Shown: positions 1 to 10,448 of the stretch, in pieces
Layout: every line of letters starts with the position of its first letter
Position numbering within the stretch: the stretch's first letter is position 1
Origin: Betaproteobacteria bacterium UBA5216
GTDB lineage: Bacteria > Pseudomonadota > Gammaproteobacteria > Burkholderiales > SG8-41
Reading direction: 5' to 3'
Length of the DNA stretch: 64,000 bases
NCBI GenBank assembly: GCA_002412495.1
Contig: DHVE01000135.1
Location: forward strand, 22,199 to 86,198
Notes under the pieces: generated by a model
Told to the model about the DNA's origin: nothing
The model's database searches: none
The model's input: only the letters and a program-made list of their open reading frames with translations
Program-made: the position numbers and the translations under genes

Positions 1-53
1 GAACTGTTGCGCAAACGGCGCCTGCCTTTGTAAATAGCCGGCCGGCAATCCTT

Positions 54-78
54 AATCGTAGATCGTAAATCGTAAATC
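54..78. repeat. Heptamer tandem repeat (AATCGTA)x3.5 downstream of the patatin gene
   Basis: AATCGTA GATCGTA AATCGTA AATC read directly. Confidence 0.6.
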
Positions 79-87
79 CGGGAGCAT

Positions 88-978
88 CTACCGCGGCACG
101 GCGGCAAGGTTCCGTTCGCCGTGCGTCGCGCGAACACTGGCATCGCCGCGCGATTTTTCCGCGGCAACCGCCGCTATACGCTGGCGAATTTGATCAAGCG
201 CCGCGCGCGCGGCGGCTTCGCCCGCCGCGATGTTTTCCTGACGATGCTGAAAATCATTCATGCGTGAACGCACCGCTTGCGGCCGAATCACCACGTCGGC
301 CGCGTCGGCCTCGCCGGCGGGACGGCGGGATATATCCACGGCGATCACCACATCCGCGCCCATTTCGCGCGCCAGCGCCGCTGGCACGCGGCTCGCCACG
401 CCGCCATCCACGTAGGTTTTCCCGTTGATCGTCACGGGCCAGAAAAATTTCGGCACGCTGGCCGAGGCGCGCACCGCAATGCCGGTGTTGCCGCGGTTAA
501 ATACCGCCATGCGCCCGCTGACTTGCTCCGCAGCCACCGCCGCGAACGGTTTACCCAGCGCCTCGATCGGACGCCCATTCAGCGTACGATTAACGTACTG
601 CTGCAAAAGCGCGCCCTCCACCACGCCGGGACCAAACACGGTGAAATCAAAAATCTGCTGGTCGTCGAGTTCCAGCGCCAGCGCTTCCAGCGCGCCCGCT
701 TTCATGCCGCCCGCGTAAAACGACGCCACCAGCGCGCCTGAACTGGCACCCACCACCACGTCCGCTTCGATTCCCGCCGCTTCAAGCACCTTTACCACGC
801 CCACGTGCGCAAAGCCGCGCGCCCCGCCCGCGCCGAGCACCAACCCGACGATCGGCCGCTGCGCTTTCAGCGGCACGATGGCCGCGGTGCGCGGCGCGTC
901 GTCTCCCTCGTGATTGACGGGCGAGAGCGCGCAACCGCTCAATGCCACTGCGAGTAAAATAAGCGTGCTGAATTTCAT
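88..978 (-). CDS. Patatin-like phospholipase, probable lipoprotein
   Basis: GAGGARG oxyanion loop, GASSG nucleophile, DGG motif; lipobox LSGC; start trimmed to MKFSTL. Confidence 0.9.
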   Translation of the reverse strand: MKFSTLILLAVALSGCALSPVNHEGDDAPRTAAIVPLKAQRPIVGLVLGAGGARGFAHVGVVKVLEAAGIEADVVVGASSGALVASFYAGGMKAGALEALALELDDQQIFDFTVFGPGVVEGALLQQYVNRTLNGRPIEALGKPFAAVAAEQVSGRMAVFNRGNTGIAVRASASVPKFFWPVTINGKTYVDGGVASRVPAALAREMGADVVIAVDISRRPAGEADAADVVIRPQAVRSRMNDFQHRQENIAAGEAAARAALDQIRQRIAAVAAEKSRGDASVRATHGERNLAAVPR

Positions 979-1112
979 GGCGGATTTCATGTTGCGATAG
1001 TGTCGCGACAACCACGCCCGCATGCAAGTGCCTTATGAGTCCCGGCGCGAACCCTCAAACCGATGCATATATATCATTTAAAACAAATACTTAACCACAA
1101 CAAGGAATCAAC

Positions 1113-1502
1113 ATGGCAAGCGAATTATTCAACAAAGGTATTGCATTGCGCCGCGAAGTGCTGGGCGCCGAGTATGTCGACAAGTCGATGGAAAACATTG
1201 ACGACTTCAGCATGGCGATGCAGGAATACGCCACCGAAACGGCGTGGGGCATGATCTGGAGCCGCCCCGGACTGCCGCGCAAAACGCGCAGCCTGCTCAA
1301 TATCGGGTTGCTCGCCGCGTTTAACCGCCAGCACGAATTCAAGTTGCACGTGAAGCGCTCGTTTGGCAACGGCGTCACGAAAGATGAAATCAAGGAAGTG
1401 CTGTTGCAGATCGCGTGTTACGCGGGCGTACCAGCGGGCATCGAAGCCTTTCGCTGGGCGCGCGACGCGATGGCCGAACTGGAACAGGAACAGAAAAAAT
1501 AA
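1113..1502 (+). CDS. Carboxymuconolactone decarboxylase (PcaC/AhpD-like) family protein
   Basis: G..LRREVLG, AWGMIWSRPGL.RKTRSL, EIKEVLLQIACYAGVPAG motifs; AAGGA RBS. Confidence 0.88.
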   Translation: MASELFNKGIALRREVLGAEYVDKSMENIDDFSMAMQEYATETAWGMIWSRPGLPRKTRSLLNIGLLAAFNRQHEFKLHVKRSFGNGVTKDEIKEVLLQIACYAGVPAGIEAFRWARDAMAELEQEQKK

Positions 1503-1577
1503 CGGCGCGCGCGTATCGCTGAATCGAATCAATACCAGAGACGCCCATCCCGCCATCACGGCTCACAGGCCATACCC

Positions 1578-4500
1578 ATGCCGCTCTCCACTCACCCCCC
1601 CGAGGAACGCCGGCGTCTCGCCGCGCTGCGCAAGCTGGGCATTCTCGACACCCCGCGCGAAGATCGTTTTGATCGCATCACCCGGCTGGCGGCGGCGCTG
1701 TTGGACGTGCCCATTGCCCTGGTGTCGCTGGTCGATGGCGACCGGCACTGGTTCAAATCCGCCCATGGCATTGATGTGGTGGAAACACCGCGCGACTCCG
1801 CTTCGTTTTGCGGCTATGCGATTCAAAGCGACTTGCCTTTCATCGTGTCCAACGCGCTACTGGACTCGCGCTTTGCCGGCAATCCGATAGTCGCCGGCGA
1901 AATCAACATCCGTTTCTACGCCGGCCATCCGCTCAAGACGCCCGACGGCAACCGCGTCGGCACTTTGTGCGTGATGGACCGCAAGCCGCGCACCCTCGGC
2001 GCCTCGCAAATGGCGCTGCTCGACGATCTTGCGAACATCGCAGAAGACGAACTCAATAGCATGCGGCAGAATGCGACCGCGCACGCCCGGCTTGCCGCCA
2101 TCGTCGAGCACTCGGACGACGCCATTTACAGCCGCACGTTTGATGGCACGATAACCTCATGGAACGCCGGCGCGGAAAAAATGCTTGGCTACACGGCCTC
2201 GGAAGCCATCGGTCAATCAGGCGACTTTGCCATTCCGCCAGGGCGGCCGTCCAGGCTGCGGGAAAACCTCGCGCGGTTGCTGGGCGGCGAACGGGTTGAA
2301 CGCGAAACCGACCGCATGACCAAGGACGGCCGGATCATTCATGTCCTCAATAGCCATTCACCCATCCGGGACCATGCGGGCAATATCGTCGGCGCCTCCA
2401 TTATTGCAAGAGACATTACGGCGCTAAAGGAGGCACAGGCAGCGCTCAAGGAAAACGAAGCGCGCTTTCGCGCCACCTTCGATCAGGCAGCGATCGGCAT
2501 CGCGCACTACGATCTTGAAAACCGCGCCATCAAGATCAACCGGCGTTACGCTCAAATAACCGGCTATACGGAGGAAGAGTTGCTGGGCAAACCGCCAAAC
2601 TTCCTCAGCCATCCGGACGACCATGGCAGCGGCAGAGAGCAGCGCCGCCAGTTGCTAGCCGGCGCCATTCCGCATTTCTCGAACGAAAAGCGTTACGTGC
2701 GCAAGGACGGCTCGGTGATCTGGGTGACGCGCACAGAGTCGCTGGTACGCGACGATAACGGTACACCACTGTATATCATTCGGGTTATCGAGGACATTTC
2801 CGAACGCAAACACATCCAAGAGGAATTAAACGAAAGCAAAACTCGTTTTCGCGATATCGCAGAAGCGACAGGCGGATATTTATGGGAAATCGACCTTGAC
2901 TGTCGCTATACCTTCGTATCAGAACGATCGGAACATCTTTTTGGCTATCTACCTGAGGAAATGTTGGGGCGCACAGCCGCTGATTTCATGCCGCCCGGCG
3001 AAATAGATCGCGTCCGCGCATGGATAGCCGAAAACCGGTCGGCCGATGGCGCCGTTCGTTTCCTAGAGCATCGATCTCTTGACAAGTCTGGTCGGATTTT
3101 CTGGCAGCAGGTGCATATGCTCCCGCTACGGGACGTATCGGACAAACATATTGGTTTCCATGGCACCGGAATGGACATCACAGAGCGCAAACGAATCGAG
3201 GATTGGCTCAAACTGACGCAATTCAGCATTGATCGCGCAGTCGATTCGGTGTTCTGGATCAAGCCAGACTCACGGATCGTTTACGCCAATGATGCCGCCT
3301 GCCGCACGCTTGGCTACAAGCGCGAACAGATTGTCGGCAAAACCGTTCCCGAAATTGATCCGCATTTTCCGGCGGAGAAATGGCCCGCTCACTGGGAGGA
3401 ACTGAAGCAGCGCAAATCGCTCAATTTCGAGTCCGACCACTACACTGCGGACGGCAAGCTGATCCATACCGAAGTGACCGCGAATTACATTGAATTTCAG
3501 GGCCAGGAATACAACTGCGCCTTCATGCGCGACATCACCGAACGCAAACAGGCCGAGGCGGCCCGGGTGTCTCTTGAAACGCAATTGCGGGAGTCCCAAA
3601 AGATGCAGGCCATCGGCACGCTGGCCGGCGGCATCGCCCACGACTTTAACAACATCATCGCCATCATTCTTGGCAACGTAGCGCTGGCGCTCGAGGATAT
3701 TAAACAGGTTCCGCATGCCCTGGTGTCCCTTGAACGCATACAACTGGCGGGCGAACGCGCGCGCGATATAGTGCGGCAGATCCTCGCCTTCAGCCGCCGC
3801 CAGCCGACCGCGCGCAAACCGCTTGTCCTGATTCCCGTGATGACGGAGACCGCGCGGCTGCTGCGGGCCACGCTTCCCGCGCGGGTCAGTCTGGAATGGC
3901 ACTGCGATCCGGACGTGCCGCCGGTGCTGGCCGACGCAACGCAGATGCAGCAGGTCCTGATCAATCTCGCCACCAACGCCATGCAGGCGATGCCCGGCGC
4001 CGGACATATTGAACTGCGCGTGGAAACGGCGGTTCTCGATGCCGCCCTGATCAATGCCCATCCGCATCTGGGCAATCTCCAGATTCAATGTGCCGGAAAC
4101 GCCGTTCGGCTCGTCGTCCGGGACAATGGCACGGGGATGGATGCCGCCACGCGCGAACGCATCTTCGAGCCGTTCTTCACCACCAAGCCGGTGGGCGAAG
4201 GCACCGGGCTGGGACTGTCCGTCGTGCATGGCATTGTTACGGCGCATGGCGGCGCCATCACGGTGGAAAGCCAACCGGGACAAGGCGCCACCTTTGCGCT
4301 GTATCTCCCGCCGGCCAGCCAACCGGCAAGCGTGCCAGCGGAAGCGAGTCGTGCCGCCGCGTCACCGGAAATCGCGCCGGACAGCGGGCCGCGTATCCTG
4401 TATATCGACGACAATACGGAAATGGTGTCCATGGTACGGCGGCTGCTCGAACGCCAGGGTTATCGCATCAGCGCGCACACCGACGCACGGACCGCCGTCG

Positions 4501-4760
4501 GCCTGCTCCGCGCCGACCCCGCCGCGTTCGATCTGGTGCTGACCGATTACAACATGCCTGGCATGTCCGGACTGGACATTGCCGAAACCGTGCGATCCCT
4601 TCGCGCGGATCTCCCGGTGGCGGTAACCTCGGGGTTCATTGACGAAACCCTGCAAGCAAAAGCGGTGGCGGCCGGCGTATGCGAGCTGATTTTCAAGGCG
4701 GATACCGTGCAGGCGTTCTGCGACGCGGTGCAACGGCTGACCCAAAAACTGGTGCGGTAA
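1578..4760 (+). CDS. Hybrid sensor histidine kinase (GAF-4xPAS-HisKA-HATPase-REC)
   Basis: GAF (FDRITRLAA, FYAGHPL), PAS repeats ending DITERK, H-box AHDFNN, FEPFFTTK/GTGLGL, receiver DYNMP. Confidence 0.93.
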   Translation: MPLSTHPPEERRRLAALRKLGILDTPREDRFDRITRLAAALLDVPIALVSLVDGDRHWFKSAHGIDVVETPRDSASFCGYAIQSDLPFIVSNALLDSRFAGNPIVAGEINIRFYAGHPLKTPDGNRVGTLCVMDRKPRTLGASQMALLDDLANIAEDELNSMRQNATAHARLAAIVEHSDDAIYSRTFDGTITSWNAGAEKMLGYTASEAIGQSGDFAIPPGRPSRLRENLARLLGGERVERETDRMTKDGRIIHVLNSHSPIRDHAGNIVGASIIARDITALKEAQAALKENEARFRATFDQAAIGIAHYDLENRAIKINRRYAQITGYTEEELLGKPPNFLSHPDDHGSGREQRRQLLAGAIPHFSNEKRYVRKDGSVIWVTRTESLVRDDNGTPLYIIRVIEDISERKHIQEELNESKTRFRDIAEATGGYLWEIDLDCRYTFVSERSEHLFGYLPEEMLGRTAADFMPPGEIDRVRAWIAENRSADGAVRFLEHRSLDKSGRIFWQQVHMLPLRDVSDKHIGFHGTGMDITERKRIEDWLKLTQFSIDRAVDSVFWIKPDSRIVYANDAACRTLGYKREQIVGKTVPEIDPHFPAEKWPAHWEELKQRKSLNFESDHYTADGKLIHTEVTANYIEFQGQEYNCAFMRDITERKQAEAARVSLETQLRESQKMQAIGTLAGGIAHDFNNIIAIILGNVALALEDIKQVPHALVSLERIQLAGERARDIVRQILAFSRRQPTARKPLVLIPVMTETARLLRATLPARVSLEWHCDPDVPPVLADATQMQQVLINLATNAMQAMPGAGHIELRVETAVLDAALINAHPHLGNLQIQCAGNAVRLVVRDNGTGMDAATRERIFEPFFTTKPVGEGTGLGLSVVHGIVTAHGGAITVESQPGQGATFALYLPPASQPASVPAEASRAAASPEIAPDSGPRILYIDDNTEMVSMVRRLLERQGYRISAHTDARTAVGLLRADPAAFDLVLTDYNMPGMSGLDIAETVRSLRADLPVAVTSGFIDETLQAKAVAAGVCELIFKADTVQAFCDAVQRLTQKLVR

Positions 4761-4838
4761 TCAACCTTTGCCAACCGGTGCCTGCCTTTCCCCATCACGT
4801 TGCGATCCGCGCCGGAACCGAATGTATGATGTTGCGCC

Positions 4839-6257
4839 ATGAATCCACCTGTTTCAATATTTGACCGCCTGTGGGCGCGGCATGTAATCGTTGCCGACGC
4901 GACCGGCGCGGGCGGCGAGGATCTGCTGTTCGTCGATCGCAATCTGGTGCACGAGGGCGGCACTTTTCTCGCCTTCGATCAGATGCGCGGCGAAGGACGC
5001 CAGGTGCTCAAGCCCAAACAAACACTGGCGGTGACGGATCACTACCTGCCTTCGACAAATCGCGCCACCGCGCCCGGCAGCATCGCCAACGCGGAAATTC
5101 GCCGCGTGGTGGAGGCGCTTGATCACAACGCACGCGAATTCGGCATCGAGCACTACGGGGTGCATCATCCGCGTCAGGGCATCATTCACGTGATCGGCCC
5201 GGAATTGGGCTGGACACAGCCGGGCCTGTTGATCACCTGCTGCGATTCACACACCGCGACGCACGGCGCGCTGGGCGCGCTGCCCATCCCCATCGGGCAA
5301 TCCAATCAATTGCGTCACGTGCTGGCGACGCAAACGATTTGGCAGAAAAAGCCGAAAACCATGCGCATCTCCATTGAGGGCACGCTGCCCGCGCAGGTTT
5401 CGGCCAAGGACGTGATCCTCTCGATCATTGCGCGCATCGGCATCGGCGGTGCTTCCGGCCATGCGGTCGAATATGCCGGCTCGGCCATACGCGCGCTGTC
5501 GATGGAAGGCCGCATGACCCTCTGCAATATGTCGATCGAAGCCGGCGCGCGCATCGGCATGATCGCGCCGGACGACACCACCTATGCGTATCTGCACGGC
5601 CGCCCGTTCGCACCCAAAGACACGGACTGGGATCAGGCGCTCGCCTACTGGCGCACGCTGCCGTCGGACGCCGATGCGCGTTTTGATCGCGAACTGTCGC
5701 TGAACACCAGTGAACTCGCGCCGATGGTGAGCTGGGGCACCAGCCCGGAAGATTCGTCACCCATCACCGGCAGCGTGCCCGATCCCGCGTCCATGGCCGA
5801 CGCGGAGAAACGCGGACGCGTCCAGCGCGCGCTCGACTACATGAAACTCGCGCCAGGCACGCCGCTGGCGGGCATTAACATCGATCGCGTGTTTATCGGC
5901 TCATGCACCAACGCGCGTATCGAAGATTTGCGCGCGGCGGCCGAGGTGGTTAAAGGCCGCAAAGCCGTGATACCCGCCATGGTGGTGCCCGGATCCTCCG
6001 CCGTGAAACGGCAGGCCGAAAGCGAAGGCCTCGATCGAATATTTCTGGCCGCCGGCTTTGAGTGGCGCGATGCGAGCTGCTCGATGTGCGGCGGCTCCAA
6101 CGGCGACACCGTAGCCGCCGGACAGCGCAGCGCATCAACCACCAACCGCAACTTTGAAGGCCGCCAGGGACCGGGCGCGTTGACGCACATCATGAGCCCG
6201 GCGATGGCGGCCGCGGCGGCGGTAACCGGGCGGCTGACCGATGTGCGGACGCTGTGA
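4839..6257 (+). CDS. LeuC-like aconitase-family dehydratase/isomerase large subunit (divergent paralog)
   Basis: DSHT, IGSCTN, CSMC [4Fe-4S] ligands, STTNRNFEGRQG; no other leu genes nearby. Confidence 0.88.
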   Translation: MNPPVSIFDRLWARHVIVADATGAGGEDLLFVDRNLVHEGGTFLAFDQMRGEGRQVLKPKQTLAVTDHYLPSTNRATAPGSIANAEIRRVVEALDHNAREFGIEHYGVHHPRQGIIHVIGPELGWTQPGLLITCCDSHTATHGALGALPIPIGQSNQLRHVLATQTIWQKKPKTMRISIEGTLPAQVSAKDVILSIIARIGIGGASGHAVEYAGSAIRALSMEGRMTLCNMSIEAGARIGMIAPDDTTYAYLHGRPFAPKDTDWDQALAYWRTLPSDADARFDRELSLNTSELAPMVSWGTSPEDSSPITGSVPDPASMADAEKRGRVQRALDYMKLAPGTPLAGINIDRVFIGSCTNARIEDLRAAAEVVKGRKAVIPAMVVPGSSAVKRQAESEGLDRIFLAAGFEWRDASCSMCGGSNGDTVAAGQRSASTTNRNFEGRQGPGALTHIMSPAMAAAAAVTGRLTDVRTL

Positions 6258-6268
6258 GTTCAAAATCA

Positions 6269-6394
6269 TTTGACGCAGATTTACGCAGATGGACGCAGAT
6301 TAAATACTAACCTTGTCGTTCCCGCGTACGCGGGAACCCATGGCAAACGTGCCACTTGAGACGGTTTATGGAGTCCCGCCTGCGCGCGAATAAC
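6269..6394. repeat. Composite repeat: (ACGCAGATNN)x3 followed by an inverted REP-like pair GTCGTTCCCGCG..GCGGGAACCCAT
   Basis: Decamer tandem 6269-6300; palindromic arms 6315-6341 and 6368-6394. Confidence 0.8.
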
Positions 6395-6440
6395 AGGTTG
6401 GGGTTTTGTTCTGTTCATCCCTGTTAAACAAGGTTTTCCA

Positions 6441-7067
6441 ATGCAACCCTTCACCACGTTAACCGCCATCGCGGCGCCGCTCGATATCGCCAAGATCGAT
6501 ACCGGCATGATCGTACCCGGCCGCTTTCAGCGATTGCCGCGCCGGCCGGGGCACGCCGACTACGCGCGCGTGTTTCTGCACGATCTGCGTTTTGATGAAA
6601 ATGAACAACCGCGCGCGGAATTCATCCTCAATCACGCGGCCTATCGAGAGGCCGGCATTCTGGTCACCGGCCCGGATTTTGGTTGCGGCTCGTCGCGCGA
6701 AGCCGCGGCCTATGCCACGCTGGATTCCGGCGTGCGTGCGTTGATCGGCGCGAGTTTCGGCGATGTGTATCGCGGCAACTGCATGCAGAATGGCGTGCTG
6801 ACCATCGTACTGCCGGCACCGGTGATCAGCGGCTTGATGACACAACTCAAGGCCGCGCCTGGCGCCGCCATCACCGTCGATCTGGCGCTACAAACCGTCA
6901 CTGCACCCGATGGCTCGACGCACGGCTTTGATATCGACGCCACGCGCAAGGAGCGGCTGTTGAAAGGACTGGACGACGTGGGCGTAACGTTGCAACATCT
7001 TGCCCAAATCGAAACGTTTGAAAAGCAATATCGCGCGGACATGCCCTGGCTTGCGTCCATACTCTGA
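6441..7067 (+). CDS. LeuD-like small subunit
   Basis: MQPFTTLTAIAAPL start, FGCGSSREAA, SFGDVYRGNC, LLKGLDD. Confidence 0.88.
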   Translation: MQPFTTLTAIAAPLDIAKIDTGMIVPGRFQRLPRRPGHADYARVFLHDLRFDENEQPRAEFILNHAAYREAGILVTGPDFGCGSSREAAAYATLDSGVRALIGASFGDVYRGNCMQNGVLTIVLPAPVISGLMTQLKAAPGAAITVDLALQTVTAPDGSTHGFDIDATRKERLLKGLDDVGVTLQHLAQIETFEKQYRADMPWLASIL

Positions 7068-7077
7068 GAGAATTTTC

Positions 7078-8043
7078 ATGAAAACCCTGTTGTCGATACT
7101 CGCCCTGATTCCCGTTTTTGCCTGTGCCCAATCCCCCGCGTGGAAGCCCGACAAAGCCGTTGAACTCATCATCGGCGCGGCGCCCGGCGGTGCGAACGAC
7201 CGCATCGGCCGCTCGCTGCAACGCCTGTTGCAGGACGGCAAGGTGACCACACCCATCAACGTCCTCAACAAACCGGGTGGCGGGCAATCGGTGGCGTTCG
7301 CTTATCTCAATACGCATCCGGGCAATCCGCACTTTCTCGGCCTCGCGTCATCGAGCTGGCTGACCACGGTCGCCGCCAGCCGTGGCACGGTCACGCCGCG
7401 CGATTTATCACCTGTCATCAAACTGCTGGACGAATACCAGATGTATTTCGTGCGCGCCGATTCCTCAATCAAGAGTGCGCGCGATATTGTCGAGCGCCTG
7501 CGCAAAGACTCTGCTTCGGTCACCTTCGGCATATCCACCGCAGCGGGCAATCCGATTCATATTTCCATCGCGGAAATCGCGCGGCTGGCCGGCGCCGATC
7601 CGACCAAACTCAAGGTGGTGGTGTTCAACTCCGGCACCGACACCGCGATACAGGTCGCGGGCGGCCATCTCGACATCGGCGTGCAAAGCCCCGGCAGTGC
7701 GCTGCAACTCACGCAATCGGGCAAGCTGCGGTTCCTCGGCGTGGCCGGCCCGCGCCGTCACGGCGGCGTGCTTGCCAATATACCGACCATGCGCGAGCAG
7801 GGTGTGGATGTGACCGCCAACGTGTTCTACACCATCTTCGGACCGAAAGGCCTTGATGCCGCGCAGCTCGCGTTCTGGGACGACGCGCTGGCCAGTGTCA
7901 TGAAAAGCGACTCGGTGAAAAAGGATCTCGACATCAACTTCTGGACCGTCGATACTGTGGGCCACCGCGAGTTGCCCGCGTGGCTGGACAAGGAAATGGA
8001 CGGTTACCGGCGCGCGCTGACGGCGCTGGGCATGGCGAAATAA
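7078..8043 (+). CDS. Bug/TctC tripartite tricarboxylate transporter substrate-binding protein
   Basis: Signal peptide, GAAPGGAND, NKPGGG. Confidence 0.88.
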   Translation: MKTLLSILALIPVFACAQSPAWKPDKAVELIIGAAPGGANDRIGRSLQRLLQDGKVTTPINVLNKPGGGQSVAFAYLNTHPGNPHFLGLASSSWLTTVAASRGTVTPRDLSPVIKLLDEYQMYFVRADSSIKSARDIVERLRKDSASVTFGISTAAGNPIHISIAEIARLAGADPTKLKVVVFNSGTDTAIQVAGGHLDIGVQSPGSALQLTQSGKLRFLGVAGPRRHGGVLANIPTMREQGVDVTANVFYTIFGPKGLDAAQLAFWDDALASVMKSDSVKKDLDINFWTVDTVGHRELPAWLDKEMDGYRRALTALGMAK

Positions 8044-8053
8044 TTCTATCCCG

Positions 8054-9037
8054 TTACCGCAAGGCGTCGGCAAACCCCGGCAGCTTGACGATTTTCTGCC
8101 AGTCCGCGACTTCATTCGCCAGCACGCGGCGAAACGCTTCGGGTGATGCCGACGGTGCGGCATCCGCGCCGTCCTTGGCAAACGCTGATTGCGCATCTGG
8201 GGTTGCCAGCGACTGACTCACATCGCGATGCAGCAATTTAACGATGGCGTGTGGCGTGCCGGCCGGTCCGAACAAGCCATACCAGTTGATCAACTCAAAA
8301 CCGGGCACGCCCGCTTCGGCCATGGTCGGCAAATCCGGAAACGCTGCCGCGCGTTTGGCGCCCGTCATCGCCAGCCCTTTCAGGCGGCCACCGCGCACAT
8401 GCGGCATGCCTGAAATGGTGCTGGTGAACCCGAGTTGAATCTGCCCGCTGATTAAATCCGCGAGCACCAGGCCACCGCCTTTGTACGGCACATGCACCAT
8501 TTTTATGCCGGCCATCGACGCCAGCAATTCACCGCCCAGATGCCCCGCGCCGCCTATACCCGATGAACCATAGTTCAGCGCGCCGGGTTTGCTTTTGCCG
8601 TAGGCGATCAACTCCTTCACCGAATTCACCGGCAGCGATGGATTGATCAACAACATGTAGTACAACGCGGTGAGTTGCGATACCGGCGCATACGCCGTGC
8701 GCACATCGTACGGCACTCTTTTCTGCGCCATCGCGCTGGCAATCAAGCTGCCGGAAGTCACAAGAAACGTATAACCATCCGGCGCCGCTTGTTGCGTCAT
8801 GTCGAGCGCGATCAAGCCACTGGCGCCCGGGCGGTTGTCCACCACGAAATTGCGGCCCCACTTCTCGCTGATTTTTTGCGCGACGACACGCGCGGTGATA
8901 TCGATGCCGCCACCGGGCGCATTGCCGACGAGCAGGCGTATGGATTTGTTGGGATAGCCGGGCGGCAGCGCTTGCGCCGTGGCCAGCGCGGCTACGCCGC
9001 ATAACATCCCCGCCGTCAGGCACCACGTGGCACGCAT
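8054..9037 (-). CDS. Bug/TctC substrate-binding protein
   Basis: APGGGID, DNRPGASG, APDGYT, HVPYKGGG. Confidence 0.92.
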   Translation of the reverse strand: MRATWCLTAGMLCGVAALATAQALPPGYPNKSIRLLVGNAPGGGIDITARVVAQKISEKWGRNFVVDNRPGASGLIALDMTQQAAPDGYTFLVTSGSLIASAMAQKRVPYDVRTAYAPVSQLTALYYMLLINPSLPVNSVKELIAYGKSKPGALNYGSSGIGGAGHLGGELLASMAGIKMVHVPYKGGGLVLADLISGQIQLGFTSTISGMPHVRGGRLKGLAMTGAKRAAAFPDLPTMAEAGVPGFELINWYGLFGPAGTPHAIVKLLHRDVSQSLATPDAQSAFAKDGADAAPSASPEAFRRVLANEVADWQKIVKLPGFADALR

Positions 9038-9047
9038 CGAGTGAATC

Positions 9048-10445
9048 CTAAATATCCTTTAAAAACAAACACATATCATCAACACGCTCCACCGCACGAA
9101 CGCGCTGCGTCAACGTGGCGATACGCGCGTCATCCAGCGGGCACACACCCAGCCGGAAACATTCGTCGAACTTCTGCTGAATCTCCACTTCGCTCACCGG
9201 CATTTCCAAACTGCCCGGCACGTGCTCCGCCACCGCGGAAATCTCGCCGTGTGTTTTGGTGCGCAACCGCAACACGATGGGGCCGCGCATGCTTTTCAGC
9301 GTGTCATCGATAATCACGTTCACCTTGGGCACGTGCCGGTTGATTTCGGCATCGCGCGCGGCGGCTTCCTGAATCTCGGACAAACCGAGCTTGCGGCGAA
9401 CCAGCAGACACGCAATGGTGTAGCGCACGCTGAACTGCGCCGCCACCTGCGCGTCGCCGCTGGGATCGTACGCATTGCCCACCAGCCGCGCGGCGTACGG
9501 CGGCATGGTGACATCCACTGAAACCACGTCATCCGCCTTGAGATCGTAACGGCGAATCAAATCCAGCATGCCGCCGATGGTGACGTGATTCGCGCCGCAA
9601 CTCGGATACATCTTGATCGAGCCCAGCACGTTGTCGAAACGGCTGCCGAGCTGATCGAGTATCGGCGCGACACTGCCGCTTTGATACATATTGAACAAGC
9701 CGAACTTGCCTTCAATTGCCTGCGCCGGGCCGGTCACGCCGCGTTGCGCCAGTAACGCGGCATGCACGCCCGCGCGCGCGGCAAACGCCGACATCATGCG
9801 CTTCGACAGCGACGGATCGATATTCGCCTGCTGCGTGCCACTGGCCTGCATAAACGCGATGCCCAGTGCGTGCCGCGTTTGCATCACGTCCAACCCCAGT
9901 AATCGCGCGCTTGCTGCCGCGGCGCCGAACACGCCGTAAATCGGCACGAAATGAAAACCTTCGTTGGGCAAGGTCGCGGCAGCGGCTAACCGGTAAGTCA
10001 AATCCGTGCCGATCACGAACGCAGTCAGAAAATCCCTGCCGGTGGAATGCAATCGTTCCGCCAGCACCAGCGCCGCCGGCAGCACGGTGATGTTCACATG
10101 CACCGATGCGCCGCTGCCGATACCGTCGTAATCCAGCGCGGCCGACGTCATGCCATTGATGAAGGCAGCGGACATCGCTGGCAGCTTTTCCCGGCCGCCA
10201 AACGCCCACGCCGTGCTGTCCGCGCGGCCGCCCTCGTCTACCAACAACGCATGCGCCTCGCGGCAGCCGGGCGCGTCCGACCCCGCCCATGCCACTGCCA
10301 GCGTATCGAGCATGAATCGCTTGGCGGCATCGAACGAGGCTTCGGGAATCGATTCATCACGACAATCCACGACATGTTGCGCCAAGCGGTGGGTAACGCT
10401 CAGATTCGCCGCGGCCGGATCATTCATATCATTCACGACATTCAC
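9048..10445 (-). CDS. MmgE/PrpD family protein
   Basis: LDTLAVAWAG, ALDYD..H, AARAGV.AA.LA..G.TGP, KMYPSCG..H. Confidence 0.88.
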   Translation of the reverse strand: MNVVNDMNDPAAANLSVTHRLAQHVVDCRDESIPEASFDAAKRFMLDTLAVAWAGSDAPGCREAHALLVDEGGRADSTAWAFGGREKLPAMSAAFINGMTSAALDYDGIGSGASVHVNITVLPAALVLAERLHSTGRDFLTAFVIGTDLTYRLAAAATLPNEGFHFVPIYGVFGAAAASARLLGLDVMQTRHALGIAFMQASGTQQANIDPSLSKRMMSAFAARAGVHAALLAQRGVTGPAQAIEGKFGLFNMYQSGSVAPILDQLGSRFDNVLGSIKMYPSCGANHVTIGGMLDLIRRYDLKADDVVSVDVTMPPYAARLVGNAYDPSGDAQVAAQFSVRYTIACLLVRRKLGLSEIQEAAARDAEINRHVPKVNVIIDDTLKSMRGPIVLRLRTKTHGEISAVAEHVPGSLEMPVSEVEIQQKFDECFRLGVCPLDDARIATLTQRVRAVERVDDMCLFLKDI

Positions 10446-10448
10446 CCA

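Noticed and set aside
4839-7067. Calling these the housekeeping leuC/leuD
   Set aside because: Substrate motifs are altered and there is no leuB/asd context; symbols withheld
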